Source of the DNA: Candidatus Bathyarchaeia archaeon
GTDB lineage: Archaea; Thermoproteota; Bathyarchaeia; Bathyarchaeales; Bathycorpusculaceae
Direction of reading: 5' to 3'
NCBI GenBank assembly: GCA_050012255.1
Contig: JBEKHN010000001.1
Span: forward strand, 224,001-288,000
DNA length: 64,000 bases
Position 1 is the first letter of the stretch. Every line of letters begins with the position of its first letter. This document shows, piece after piece, positions 1 to 10,038 of this stretch. The notes below the pieces were generated by a model, which searched no databases, was not told the DNA's origin, and saw nothing but the letters and a program-made list of their open reading frames with translations. The translations under genes and the position numbers were made by a program.

Positions 1-276
1 GGAGTATTCATGTCCCTTGAATATTGTCTTGGCAGTTTTGCCGTCAACTTCGGCTATTTGGAAGCGCATCTTCAGGTACTGATGAGCAAAGTCGTTCGTA
101 ATGTCGTAGAGCGTTGAGTCAACGACTCTTCCGATCAGTTTCTCCGGCTCGTCCGCTGGCACTCCTCCCAGCTCAACGTTTCCAAAGTATGGTGGAGACA
201 TCACCATGTACCATGCCTTGCCTCGCCACTTATCGCGCACACGCCTTGTCTTTGAGGACACGCTCTTTGAGGACAC
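1..276 (-). CDS. rps3ae: 30S ribosomal protein S3Ae (eS1), runs off window start
   Basis: Manual translation: (M)SSKTRRVRDKWRGKAWYMVMSPPYFGNVELG...LIGRVVDSTLYDITNDFAHQYLKMRFQI...TIFKGHEYS; GTG start at 276 or 261; conserved context next to serS/pcc1. Confidence 0.92.
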   Translation of the reverse strand, partial: MSSKSVSSKTRRVRDKWRGKAWYMVMSPPYFGNVELGGVPADEPEKLIGRVVDSTLYDITNDFAHQYLKMRFQIAEVDGKTAKTIFKGHEYS

Positions 277-324
277 GCTTACCCTCCGAATGCAGCTTAA
301 GTTCACAGCATAGTATTAAAAGTT

Positions 325-1614
325 TTACCGCTTTGGAGCTATTTTCTTGATGCCGCCCATGTATTTTCTCAACGCTTCTGGAACAACTACAGACCCGTCC
401 TTCTGTTGATAATTTTCGATTATCGCAACGATAGTTCTGCCGGTGGCCAAGGCTGTTGAATTCAAAGTGTGCACCAACCCTTTTGGCGCTGCGCCTTCCT
501 TTTCCCTGTACCTTATGTTTAGCCCTCGGGCCTGATAGTCTGTGTCGTTGCTGCATGAGATTATTTCCCTGTACGCGTTTTGCGCGGGCATCCAAGCTTC
601 AACGTCGTATCTCTTCGCCGCAACCGTACCCATGTCAGCTGTACAAACATTGACAACTCGGTAGGCCAAACCGAGTTTTTGCACAAGCTCCTCAGCATTG
701 CGTATTAGTTCCTCATGAATTGCCCATGAGTCTTCGGGCCTGCTGAAAACAAACTGTTCAACCTTGTTGAACTGGTGCGTTCGGAATATGCCGCGGGTGT
801 CTTTGCCGTGTGCGCCTGCCTCTTTTCTGAAGTTTGTGCTTACACCGATAAGCTTCAGCGGCAAGTCCTCAGCTTTCAGCACCTCGTCCATGAACATCGC
901 TGCCATCGGATGCTCCGAAGTTGCGATTAGATACAGGTCTTCATCTTCAACCTTGTAGAGCACGTCTTCGAAATCGCTTAGGGCCACGACGCCTTCGTAC
1001 GGTTTTCGTCTCATGAGGAAGGGCGGTTCTATCGGCGTGTAGCCTTTTTCGGCTATCTCTTCTAGAGCAAAGTTGATCAAAGCCATGTCGAGGAGAACCC
1101 CGTCACTTCTTAGGTAGAAGAAGCGTGCTCCAGCAATCTTTCCAGCTCTTTCAACGTCAACTATGTTGAGGTTTAGGCCCAGGTCCATGTGGTCCCTCAC
1201 TGGAAAACCGAATTTGGGTATGTCACCCCACTTTCTTATTTCGACATTGCCATTCTCGTCCTTGCCAAGCGGAACAGTGTCGTGCAGAAGGTTTGGAAGG
1301 CGCAACAGGTAATCGTGAACCTTCTCTTCGCACTCTGTTACTTGCTTTTCCAGTTTCGTGATTTTGGCATCAACATGTTTTGCTTTCAACATTTCGCTGC
1401 TTGAATCCGTTCCTCTCTTTTTGGCCTCAGCAATCTTGGCTGTTACCTGTCTCCTTTCATGTCGCAGATTATTCAACTGTGTCAGGTACTGTCGCCATTT
1501 TCTGTCGTAGTCGATCAGTCCATCGAGCATCTTTAGGTTGTCAGGGTCTCCCCTCTTCTTCAGGTTGTTCCTCACAAGCTCAGGGCTTTCGCGGATCAGT
1601 TTGATGTCCAGCAT
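325..1614 (-). CDS. serS: Serine--tRNA ligase
   Basis: MLDIKLIRE N-terminal coiled coil; LIATSEHP, FRKEAG..TRGIFRTHQFNKVEQ and EIISCSN motifs. Confidence 0.98.
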   Translation of the reverse strand: MLDIKLIRESPELVRNNLKKRGDPDNLKMLDGLIDYDRKWRQYLTQLNNLRHERRQVTAKIAEAKKRGTDSSSEMLKAKHVDAKITKLEKQVTECEEKVHDYLLRLPNLLHDTVPLGKDENGNVEIRKWGDIPKFGFPVRDHMDLGLNLNIVDVERAGKIAGARFFYLRSDGVLLDMALINFALEEIAEKGYTPIEPPFLMRRKPYEGVVALSDFEDVLYKVEDEDLYLIATSEHPMAAMFMDEVLKAEDLPLKLIGVSTNFRKEAGAHGKDTRGIFRTHQFNKVEQFVFSRPEDSWAIHEELIRNAEELVQKLGLAYRVVNVCTADMGTVAAKRYDVEAWMPAQNAYREIISCSNDTDYQARGLNIRYREKEGAAPKGLVHTLNSTALATGRTIVAIIENYQQKDGSVVVPEALRKYMGGIKKIAPKR

Positions 1615-1714
1615 GCTTTCACTCGCAACCTCTAGGTCTAGCCTTGAATTAGCTATTTAACCTTACGATAAAGCACATTCAATATGCTGGAGACGACTCT
1701 GGCTACGAAGTCTC

Positions 1715-1963
1715 TCACTCAAGCTTTCTTGCTGCTTGAAGAACTCGCTCAGCTGTTGATGCACAAAAGAGAAGGTCGTCGATTGTGGCAATGAATGTTG
1801 CGAGTTTTCCACGGTAGTTTACGTAAGTGATGACTCTCGTTGACTGCCATGATGTTTTAATAGACAGACCACTCGGCGTTTTTAGGTTGTCAGGCGAAAC
1901 TGCTTTGGCAACAGCCTCAGCAAGTCTCACATCGTCGTATTCCAGTGCTATTTCAGCTTCCAA
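1715..1963 (-). CDS. pcc1: KEOPS complex subunit Pcc1
   Basis: 82 aa with AVSPDN and ATIDDLL pattern; canonical position downstream of the DHH gene. Confidence 0.85.
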   Translation of the reverse strand: MEAEIALEYDDVRLAEAVAKAVSPDNLKTPSGLSIKTSWQSTRVITYVNYRGKLATFIATIDDLLFCASTAERVLQAARKLE

Positions 1964-3416
1964 TCTTCTCGCCCTTGAGCTGTTTGCCGACGAGTTCGTT
2001 TACAGTTTTTATGAAGTCATCGATGTTTCCAATCGAGACTTGCGCGCCTGCGGCTATGTTGTGTCCGCCGCCGTTTCCATGGAATTTTTCGGCGGCAACC
2101 TGCATCACTTCGCCTAGGTTGACGCCTCTGTTTATGACGGTGTCCATGGTTCTCGCTGAGATTTTTGCGATTCCTTCGTCTTGCAAGTTTGCGTATGCGA
2201 TCAAGGGTTTCTCCGGGTTTGGAAGACTTGAAGTAAGTATGGACGAGATCGCTCCGACCATTTTGTCGTCGATGAAGTCTTCGCCGTAAACGACGTATAT
2301 GTTTTCGAACTCTTTCATTCTTTCGGGCTTCTCCATCACCCAGCCGAGGTACTTGTGTATGGTTCTTCTGTAATCCTCAAGCACTTTGTTGGCTCCCTCA
2401 AGCGCCGAACCCCTGTCGCCCATGCAGACAGCCACGCCGAGACCAGCCTTGCCCATACGACCAGTTGCGTTCAACAAGACGGCAAATTCACGGGCATCCC
2501 TGAGCGGGGTCCAAGGCTCCTCACTACAAAGAACGTAAACATGCCCGATGAGGCTCGACACCTCGTAATGTAGACCTTTAGAAACCAAGTGCTCAGCCAA
2601 CTTTGAGCACAACCGTTTCTTTTCGTCTTCAGAGAGGTCCCTCAAGGCGCGCCACTTGTCCCCAACCCTTGGCTCGATACCCAGGCTTTTCAAGAAAGCC
2701 AAGCTCTTGTTCTCGTCCCCGCTTATGTCTGGGATGAATGGGCTTGTCGTCGAAGCCAGCGCTCTAATGATTGGCCGAGTTTCCCTGCCGAAGAAAACTA
2801 GGTCTTTGTCAACGGTCAGGAGACCTGAGTTTGTTGCATCCTCAACGATCTTTTCATTCAGCCCCTTCAGCATGCGCTGGTCATATTTGTCCTGCATGTC
2901 TCCGAGGGCGCCGACAACGGCGACGGGCGATAGGTCAACGTTCACCTTGTCCAGAGCCTTAGCCACAAAGTACGCAACGCCGGAACCGCTGATGTCTCGA
3001 GCCCCATCGACCCCGTGCAGATGGGGGTTCACGTGGACAATGTTGTCTGACTCTTTGCCGACGATTTGATGATGGTCCAAGATTACAATTTTGAAGTCTG
3101 GAAGTTTCTGGCTGAGCAGGTCAACGTAACCGCTTCCCAGGTCAGTGAAGATTATGAGCTGAGGCTTGTCTGAAAGAACTTCGCCGACGATCTTGTCCTC
3201 AATCCACTGGGTTATGCGGATTCGAAACCTCGCGTCCAGCCTCAACAGCGCTTTTCCTATGATTCCGGCTGCGGCAACCCCGTCAGCGTCCAAATGCGAG
3301 AAAACGTGTATCAACCCGTCTTGCCTGACAGTTTCTGAGATTGTTTTGGCTGCCCTTTCAGCCAGACCTAAAAAACCAGCGGCCTGATCTTCGAAAGCTG
3401 AGGCCATGACAATCAC
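1953..3416 (-). CDS. DHH/DHHA1 phosphoesterase (RecJ/GAN-like)
   Basis: HLDADG, TDLGSG, DHH and GGGHNIAAG motifs. Confidence 0.93.
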   Translation of the reverse strand: MIVMASAFEDQAAGFLGLAERAAKTISETVRQDGLIHVFSHLDADGVAAAGIIGKALLRLDARFRIRITQWIEDKIVGEVLSDKPQLIIFTDLGSGYVDLLSQKLPDFKIVILDHHQIVGKESDNIVHVNPHLHGVDGARDISGSGVAYFVAKALDKVNVDLSPVAVVGALGDMQDKYDQRMLKGLNEKIVEDATNSGLLTVDKDLVFFGRETRPIIRALASTTSPFIPDISGDENKSLAFLKSLGIEPRVGDKWRALRDLSEDEKKRLCSKLAEHLVSKGLHYEVSSLIGHVYVLCSEEPWTPLRDAREFAVLLNATGRMGKAGLGVAVCMGDRGSALEGANKVLEDYRRTIHKYLGWVMEKPERMKEFENIYVVYGEDFIDDKMVGAISSILTSSLPNPEKPLIAYANLQDEGIAKISARTMDTVINRGVNLGEVMQVAAEKFHGNGGGHNIAAGAQVSIGNIDDFIKTVNELVGKQLKGEKIGS

Positions 3417-3689
3417 TTTAGCCTAGGAACCCAGTTATTTAAAGCTAGCCAACTTTTCTGGTTGGTCTGTGTTTCTGGATTAAACGTAAAAAAAGAGGAG
3501 TTTAAGCCTTCCGCACCGCTATGCTGCCGTCGCTGTTCTTCTCCATTCGTAGAGACGTTCCGCACGTCCCGCGCGCGAATCTTCGTGCGTTGCTGCGCAC
3601 ACTGTAAAACAACTACCAAACGAATAGAAGATTTCTCCACAAACCTTATCATTCCGTTAAACCAAACGTGATTAGGAGAAGGGGGAGGA

Positions 3690-4286
3690 GTGAGTACTAG
3701 CAAGATTCGCTGTAGTGCTCTTTTGCTTGTCTTTGTAATTCTGGTTTCAACCGTTTGTTTGCCTGTAACTGCTGCAAGCGCTACGGTGCAAAATATCGCT
3801 GTTACGAAGCTTATCGACGAACCCTACTATAAGAAGACATTGTTTGTAATAACAACTGACCAGACGACTTATCACATAATGGTTGAGGCCAACATCACAA
3901 CAGCGGGTAACGAGACTCTAATACAGCTCAGTGCAACCCTTTACAACCCGCAGAATGAGACAATCACAGCTTCTGCCCAAATACCTGACACTCTGACGGA
4001 TGCTCCTTATTACAGTGGACCGGTAGAAGCTTTTCACCTACACCTCGAAAAGTGGGTAGTTGATTTACTAAAATTCTGGCTTCCCATCGTCATAGTGGTG
4101 GCGCTCGTTGCTCAGGTTATTCTCATAGTTGAAGGCTATATCACGCAACCAGTTCTGGAACCTTTGAAAACGGTCCTTTTTGGCGGGCCTTTCATATACG
4201 CTTCCTTGCCGCAGGTTCTGTTGACACTGTTGCAAGACACAAACATATCAGACGGTTCATATGTATGTTCCTTATTGGCCACCTAG
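3690..4286 (+). CDS. Secreted/membrane protein; probably the N-terminal half of a frameshifted PKD surface-protein gene
   Basis: Signal peptide and internal TM segment; overlaps the next ORF by 26 bp in another frame. Confidence 0.6.
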   Translation: MSTSKIRCSALLLVFVILVSTVCLPVTAASATVQNIAVTKLIDEPYYKKTLFVITTDQTTYHIMVEANITTAGNETLIQLSATLYNPQNETITASAQIPDTLTDAPYYSGPVEAFHLHLEKWVVDLLKFWLPIVIVVALVAQVILIVEGYITQPVLEPLKTVLFGGPFIYASLPQVLLTLLQDTNISDGSYVCSLLAT

Positions 4287-5751
4287 CCCTCATATCAATT
4301 TGATTCTGCAAAAATGTTACTTCATAGCCACAAGCTTGAACTGGTGGAGAATAAAGGAACAGGAAGTATATACTGACATACCTATTCCTTTCGACGGTGT
4401 CTGGCACATCGTATGGTTTACCTACTTTGTTGCTAAGTGGTGGAGTTCACGTCAACAATCTATTCCGCTACCGCCGACTGCTGAATTCGTGTGGAGACCA
4501 AACCAACCTGTCGTGAACGAAAATGTAAGTTTCACATCGACTAGTTTCGCTCCAAATGGAACGATTACAACTTATCAATGGTGGCTCGGAGATGGAAATC
4601 AAAAAACAGATATGAACTTCACGTATGTTTACAACAGTGCTGGCAACTACAACGTAACGCTAAAAGTGACAGATAACAATGGCCTTACTGGCAACGTTAC
4701 TCACACGGTAAGCGTGCAACCTTCAGTCGCAGCAACCTTGAGAGTTATTCCAGACCACTTACAGGTAAGCGTGCAAATAGGACAAAATGCAACTGCACAG
4801 TTTCTAGTAGGAGAAACTCTTAACCGATCGGACTTACTCGGTGTGAATTTCAAGGCATTTGATTTATCGAAAACTTTCGAGAATCAGATAATCTCTTCTG
4901 GGAACGTGACCTTCAATAGGAATGGGATTAATGTGACGAAAGGAACCTATACGAATGTGACTGCAACGTTCCAAGCACCGTCAGATTCATCATTAGGGTG
5001 GTATTCTGGAAACATTACAGCCACAAGCACAAACGGAGGAAACAGCACAATCTTTGCTGACTTATTCGTTTATGGTCCACCTGTTGCAAACTTCACTTGG
5101 AATCCACTAACACCAAAAGTCGGAGAAGTGGCAACATTTGACGCGGCATCATCAATACCTAGCGGTGGTTCCATCGTGGATTACGAATGGAACTTTGGAG
5201 ACGGTCACACGGCATCTGGACAAACAACAGTGCACACTTATACAACTGCAACAATCTACACGGTAACACTAAACGTTACAGATAGCAATGGTCTGTGGAA
5301 CACTACGCAAGAGCAAGTGCAAGTAGTCCAGCCACACGGTCCAAAAGCAGAATTTACTGTAGTTCCTGAAACCGCAAGTATCGGCCAACTCGTGAAGTTT
5401 GATGCTACAAGTTCTCAGCCAGGATGGAATGGCACGAACCAAATGCCAATTACCAAATACAGTTGGGACTTCGGAGACGGAAACAATACTAACACAACCG
5501 CTCCGATAATATCTCACTCCTTCAGTAGTTCAGGGATATATTACCCAACTCTGACCGTCTACGCAAGCGGAGCTACACCAGAAACCGACACGATAACACA
5601 GAGAGTGCTCATCATTTCAACACCGGTTGGAGGCTACTCAGTTTCTATAAAAGGATACAACACGGCGTTGCCATCGTCTTTCTATCTCGCAACATTAATA
5701 CTGCTATCAGCCGTTTTCACAGGAATCAGACGCAAGAGACGAAGGAAATAA
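4261..5751 (+). CDS. PKD-repeat cell-surface protein with C-terminal TM anchor
   Basis: Three PKD repeats (YQWWLGDG, YEWNFGDG, YSWDFGDG); PVGG motif, TM helix and RRKRRRK tail; many N-x-S/T sequons. Confidence 0.88.
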   Translation: MYVPYWPPSPHINLILQKCYFIATSLNWWRIKEQEVYTDIPIPFDGVWHIVWFTYFVAKWWSSRQQSIPLPPTAEFVWRPNQPVVNENVSFTSTSFAPNGTITTYQWWLGDGNQKTDMNFTYVYNSAGNYNVTLKVTDNNGLTGNVTHTVSVQPSVAATLRVIPDHLQVSVQIGQNATAQFLVGETLNRSDLLGVNFKAFDLSKTFENQIISSGNVTFNRNGINVTKGTYTNVTATFQAPSDSSLGWYSGNITATSTNGGNSTIFADLFVYGPPVANFTWNPLTPKVGEVATFDAASSIPSGGSIVDYEWNFGDGHTASGQTTVHTYTTATIYTVTLNVTDSNGLWNTTQEQVQVVQPHGPKAEFTVVPETASIGQLVKFDATSSQPGWNGTNQMPITKYSWDFGDGNNTNTTAPIISHSFSSSGIYYPTLTVYASGATPETDTITQRVLIISTPVGGYSVSIKGYNTALPSSFYLATLILLSAVFTGIRRKRRRK

Positions 5752-6135
5752 TACAAGCTCAAACGGTCAAGATGCTTCTTGACCACTTGTTCCGTCGCGC
5801 CCGCGCTTTTGCCACAAGAGGCGCACATTGAGTTCGCGCGCGCGATGCCTACGTCAAAGAGATAATGGCCGCGGGGTTGGATAAGCTTACGAACCTGATA
5901 AGGATCTGCGGTTTCTTGATGCAGAAAGGTGTACCTTTTCTGGAGAAAAGAGAATCGACTCTTCTTTCCAAGATTCTCGTGAGCTTTCCATAACTGGTTT
6001 TCAATTTTCATGTTAAAACTGCCTGGCCTGCGTGGACTTCGCTTATTTACGACGTTTTTTCTCTCTTAGTCGAAAGCTTTCGAAGCTGGCAAACGTACAT
6101 AGGTTTGAAGAATCAAGATTCATCCGCGTGATAGT

Positions 6136-6504
6136 ATGAGCAAGTCAGTTGGAAAAAACTCAACGGGCCCCGAGGCGGGTTATGAGAACCGCTTCATGGC
6201 TTTGGAAGAGATTGAATTGCTTCTTAGATCCAGACACGTAAAGCTGGAAGATTTGTTTGATGTTCTAGGGAATTCAGATGATGGCTGCCTGGATTTCAAC
6301 ATTGGAGACATTGCAATCCAGTTTGTGCGCGGTTTTGGTGTTTGGTCTGATAGAAGAGACGTGATTCAAGTAACAGCTGAGCTGCTAGCCACAGCCAAGA
6401 AAGGCAATGTAAGTGAAATGGTGGGCTATGAATATACATTTGATGAGCTCAGAAGATTGCGTTCGGAGAAACTCGCAAAGATTGAATGTTCAGGAGAAGA
6501 GTGA
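6136..6504 (+). CDS. Hypothetical protein, first gene of a coupled three-gene operon
   Basis: 122-aa ORF whose TGA directly abuts the next ATG. Confidence 0.6.
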   Translation: MSKSVGKNSTGPEAGYENRFMALEEIELLLRSRHVKLEDLFDVLGNSDDGCLDFNIGDIAIQFVRGFGVWSDRRDVIQVTAELLATAKKGNVSEMVGYEYTFDELRRLRSEKLAKIECSGEE

Positions 6505-6690
6505 ATGAGAGAAAACTACATGGTTGAAAAAGACAAGATTGTCCGTACCAACCCTTTCTGTCCAAGATGCGGCGAAGGAGTCTTCATGGCAGACAAAGGT
6601 GAATGGTGGTCATGTGGAAAATGCGGAGACAGATATAGCAAAAAAACCATTAAAGTTCATAAATACAAAGTGAATACCTGCGGCCAGTGA
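6505..6690 (+). CDS. Ribosomal protein S27ae (eS31)-like zinc-ribbon protein, divergent copy
   Basis: YxVEKDKIVRTNPFCPRCGEGVFMAD...CGKCG matches the S27ae pattern, with KGEWW where HxDRx is usual. Confidence 0.8.
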   Translation: MRENYMVEKDKIVRTNPFCPRCGEGVFMADKGEWWSCGKCGDRYSKKTIKVHKYKVNTCGQ

Positions 6691-7622
6691 GCTTTCAGAA
6701 GGAATATGACTGTATGAAGAACGAATGTAGAAAAGCATTATTGATTACGATAGCAGTTGATACAAGTTCAGCCAAGGGCAAAGGAAAATACGTACCTAAT
6801 TTCAACGGTGGATTTAGAGGACCGTTCTGGGGAAAGGGAGAGGAATTCGAATATATACCCATCCCTGAGACGATGATGGGGCAGCGGTCGGACAAGAAGT
6901 GGGAGTGGAAAGGCAAATATGTCGAAGGCGGGAAAGCCACCTACAAAACTGCACTAGGCAACAGATCAAAGACAAATATCCTCACTTACGTCCCTGCGGA
7001 ACTCCGAGCAAATCTTGAGCACGCAGCAATACATTATGATCCAGATTTCAAGAATCTAACCTACGGGGATGGCAAAAAGGAAACTCCTAGAGGGAAGCAA
7101 TTGGCCAAACTCAACCCAGGTGATCTCTTAGTCTTCTGCCCATCTTTGGAAAACCCTGAGACAAGAGAACCTGACCGTGGTCGTTTCATAATCGGCTCCT
7201 TTACCGTGGAATGTGCCTACGACTTTACAAATGCTGAATTCGAAAAGCGATTCAAATGCACCCGCTCTGATGTTGTTGAGAAATACAAGAATAAGAACGC
7301 GCATTTTTCAGAAGAATTCGCGCGCGCGTGGGATTGTAGTCGGAAAGAGCTTCTCGAGAGCTATGACGACAAAGAAGAAGCAGACCTTGTGCTTGTGGCC
7401 GGCATAGAAAAGGAGAGTGGTCTGTTTGAAAATGCCATCAGGATAACGCGACCGCATGACGGCAAGTATTTTGTCATGCCGAAGGATCTTGTTGGAGATC
7501 TTGGCCTGAAAAAGCCGCCCGGACCGCTAAAATATGAAAGAGGATGGAAGTGGGTGAAAGGCGATCAATATCTTAGAAATCTTCACAATCTGTTGAAGAA
7601 AGGTGGAGACTTCGTCAAATGA
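6687..7622 (+). CDS. Nmad3-like (nucleotide modification associated domain 3) protein
   Basis: DT..GG..GP..FEYIPIPE, HYDPDF..TYGD, LNPGDLLVF, IIGSF and NAH motifs. Confidence 0.75.
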   Translation: MSFQKEYDCMKNECRKALLITIAVDTSSAKGKGKYVPNFNGGFRGPFWGKGEEFEYIPIPETMMGQRSDKKWEWKGKYVEGGKATYKTALGNRSKTNILTYVPAELRANLEHAAIHYDPDFKNLTYGDGKKETPRGKQLAKLNPGDLLVFCPSLENPETREPDRGRFIIGSFTVECAYDFTNAEFEKRFKCTRSDVVEKYKNKNAHFSEEFARAWDCSRKELLESYDDKEEADLVLVAGIEKESGLFENAIRITRPHDGKYFVMPKDLVGDLGLKKPPGPLKYERGWKWVKGDQYLRNLHNLLKKGGDFVK

Positions 7623-7838
7623 TATGTTTAGTCAAACCATTGCGAGGAAGCGCACCTAGGCCCGCAGTCCTGAGTGGAAAAAAGGGATTTGCAGGAGACA
7701 TCACCACCGGCCATGGGGTGCAAACCCTTTGCTGACCATTTTCAGTCCACAGCTGAAGCAGATACAAATCTTGCACGTTGGGCAGTAGTTGGCGCCTTGA
7801 ATACGATTGCCGCACACACCTCTGAGCTTGAGGGAAAT

Positions 7839-8321
7839 TTATCTTCTATGTCCCGCACAATATGGACAACGGTCTATTGATTCATTGTACAAATTACCAC
7901 AGAATTGGCATCTTATTTTCACAATCTCTCTAACGATTTCCGTTTCTCTAACTATTGAACGTTTTTCTTCCAAATCTGCTCTTCCTTCAAAAGCAAGTTT
8001 AGACCAAAACTCTGGCTCATGCTCTATCCCAAGATGTTCTCTACCTTTGCCACCATGACTCTCTTTCTCAAGTTTCGCCCATCTCAAGCCACCAGTGAAG
8101 CCAAAGTAAACGTGCCATGAGGCACCACATCTGGAACAAATTGCATAGTCTTTCCCACCGACACTGTGAACTTTGCATCTGACGGCATTTCCCATGTAGC
8201 ACAATGGGCAGTATCTAAAAAACGTCGAAATAGCTCGTCTCTTCTCCCTTTTTGCTCTTTCCAATGCATAATAACCGTAACTATAACCCATCTTTCTCCT
8301 CCTCAAAAGGAATAGAGTCAA
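7839..8321 (-). CDS. Multi-zinc-ribbon hypothetical protein
   Basis: CPLC/CSRC pair and C-terminal IVKIRCQFCG...CPYCA ribbon. Confidence 0.7.
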   Translation of the reverse strand: MTLFLLRRRKMGYSYGYYALERAKREKRRAISTFFRYCPLCYMGNAVRCKVHSVGGKDYAICSRCGASWHVYFGFTGGLRWAKLEKESHGGKGREHLGIEHEPEFWSKLAFEGRADLEEKRSIVRETEIVREIVKIRCQFCGNLYNESIDRCPYCAGHRR

Positions 8322-8492
8322 ACCAAATTATAAGTTTTGACTATTCAAAGAGCGCGCGCTAAATAGCGCGGTACGTCCCACTTTTTTCCCTGTCTTCGGT
8401 ACTAGATCGCGCGCGCATAAAGATTTAAACTGCACATTCCACAGGCCGTTAGCGGATATGTCTGTTAGAAAACGCCCAGAATACGGGAATAT

Positions 8493-8936
8493 TCAGGTTA
8501 TTGAAGCTATCTTGGGTTCGTACTTCCACGTCGGCGGCAAGAGACCTTCACGCTTGTAATACCTCGAGAGCTTGTGGACCTTCGCTTCAATCAGCTGAAG
8601 CGCCCTTCTGTTGTAAAGGTCGGTCCTGTACTTCTCCAAGTGAAGCCCTAGACTATGAGCCTTCTTAAGCAGACTCGCCAAGTCCTCAGGTAAGGATGGA
8701 GCCAGCTCGTTCTCCCTGAGCACCTTTAACACTCTCTTGCCGGTTATCGGCTTCGACAAGGGAATCGCATGCTGGTCCCTCAGGATCGTCCCTATCCCGC
8801 TCGGTGAATGCCCCTCCTTGCCCAACTTGACGATGAGGGCCTCCACTTCCTCAGGCTGATACTTGCACCAGCTCGGAGCCCGCTTGCCGACAGGCCTCGT
8901 CCCGTGCGACTTTCCCTTTTCCTGCTTGGGCATCAC
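8493..8936 (-). CDS. rps15: 30S ribosomal protein S15 (uS15)
   Basis: GKSHGTRP, SGIGTILRDQHAIP, LPEDL and RLSRYYK-like motifs. Confidence 0.96.
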   Translation of the reverse strand: MMPKQEKGKSHGTRPVGKRAPSWCKYQPEEVEALIVKLGKEGHSPSGIGTILRDQHAIPLSKPITGKRVLKVLRENELAPSLPEDLASLLKKAHSLGLHLEKYRTDLYNRRALQLIEAKVHKLSRYYKREGLLPPTWKYEPKIASIT

Positions 8937-9198
8937 TAATCCCTTGAACCTGTATCAGCGAGGGCGCACGCATATTTAAAAATAGCTGTCACTCTTGGAA
9001 AATAGCCGTCTCCTTCATCTTTTTTCCCCTTCCTAAAGGGGCTTCTTGGACGAGTGCGATACTGTTAAGTCATTTGACATGGCTTAAACCGATAATATGG
9101 TTACTACGTGACCATTTACATTTTTATGATTTTGACTCAGAAAAAGACCTTATACAAGGAATAAACAAAGTTGATCGATTACATATAGGTGACTTTGT

Positions 9199-9956
9199 TT
9201 GAAAGATTATTCGATTACGTCTCCTGAGCTTCTATTAAATTGTTTTAAGCGACTTGTACCTGTCCCTGAGATAATTGTGATAGCCTCTAAAGGGGAAACA
9301 CAGAAGCTCGCGAATTAACCAATGCTTCCGAGGTTGTTTGGGGCTTTGACCCCCTATACGTAGGAAAGGTCGAAACCAAGAAAATAGGTCTAGTACGCCA
9401 AGAATCTGGAGCATCGGCCACAGCCTTCTTAGTCGAGCATCTTATAGCTTGCGGTGCCAAAGTGATCCTGTTCTCTACTGCTTTAGGCGCCTTTCAGCCG
9501 TATATGAAACCTGGAGACTTCGTTATTCCTTCAAAGATAGTAATAGGTGAAGGAACTTCAAGATACTATTATCCGAGAATAAAGGTGATAAGACCTGATC
9601 TGGAGATCGTGAAGATTCTCAAAGAAGCCTGCAGCAAAATCGGCGTCAAACCCTTTATTGGATCCGTTTGGGATACAGACGCTATCTACAGGGAAATGCG
9701 AGGTCGAATAGAAAAGCTGCAAGCCCAAGGAGTGCTAGGAGTGGAGATGGAATCATCCGCCACATTCACCGTGGCAAAATTTAGGGGAATCAAGGCTGCG
9801 TCCTTGCTTGTGGTTTCTGACAGTCTGGCAAATTTCAAATGGGAATTATACTTCTTAAACGATGGGTACCTAAAAAGCCACTTGGAGACCTCAAGTAAGA
9901 TCATTCTGGAAGCATTGAAAGTCTTAGCACGGGACGACGATGTGACGAATGATTGA
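9199..9956 (+). pseudogene. Nucleoside phosphorylase (PNP/UDP family), frameshifted near 9290-9315
   Basis: AGGTGA SD and TTG 9199 read MKDYSITSPELLLN...KLAN*; the -1 frame continues ...GASATAFLVEHLIACGAK...EGTS...WDTDAIYRE...GVEMES...VVSD. Confidence 0.75.
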
Positions 9957-10038
9957 TGAGAAATAAGTATACAGTATCGTGTCTGCGGTAATCTTTCCAA
10001 ACCAAAGAAGTGCTACGCAGCCCGCAACATATGCTTTC

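Noticed and set aside
249-278. 15-bp tandem duplication at the rps3ae start
   Set aside because: In-frame local slippage giving two possible GTG starts; no wider significance evident.
9289-9299. Programmed -1 frameshift at GGGAAAC
   Set aside because: The heptamer is not in the required X-XXY-YYZ phase of the upstream ORF.
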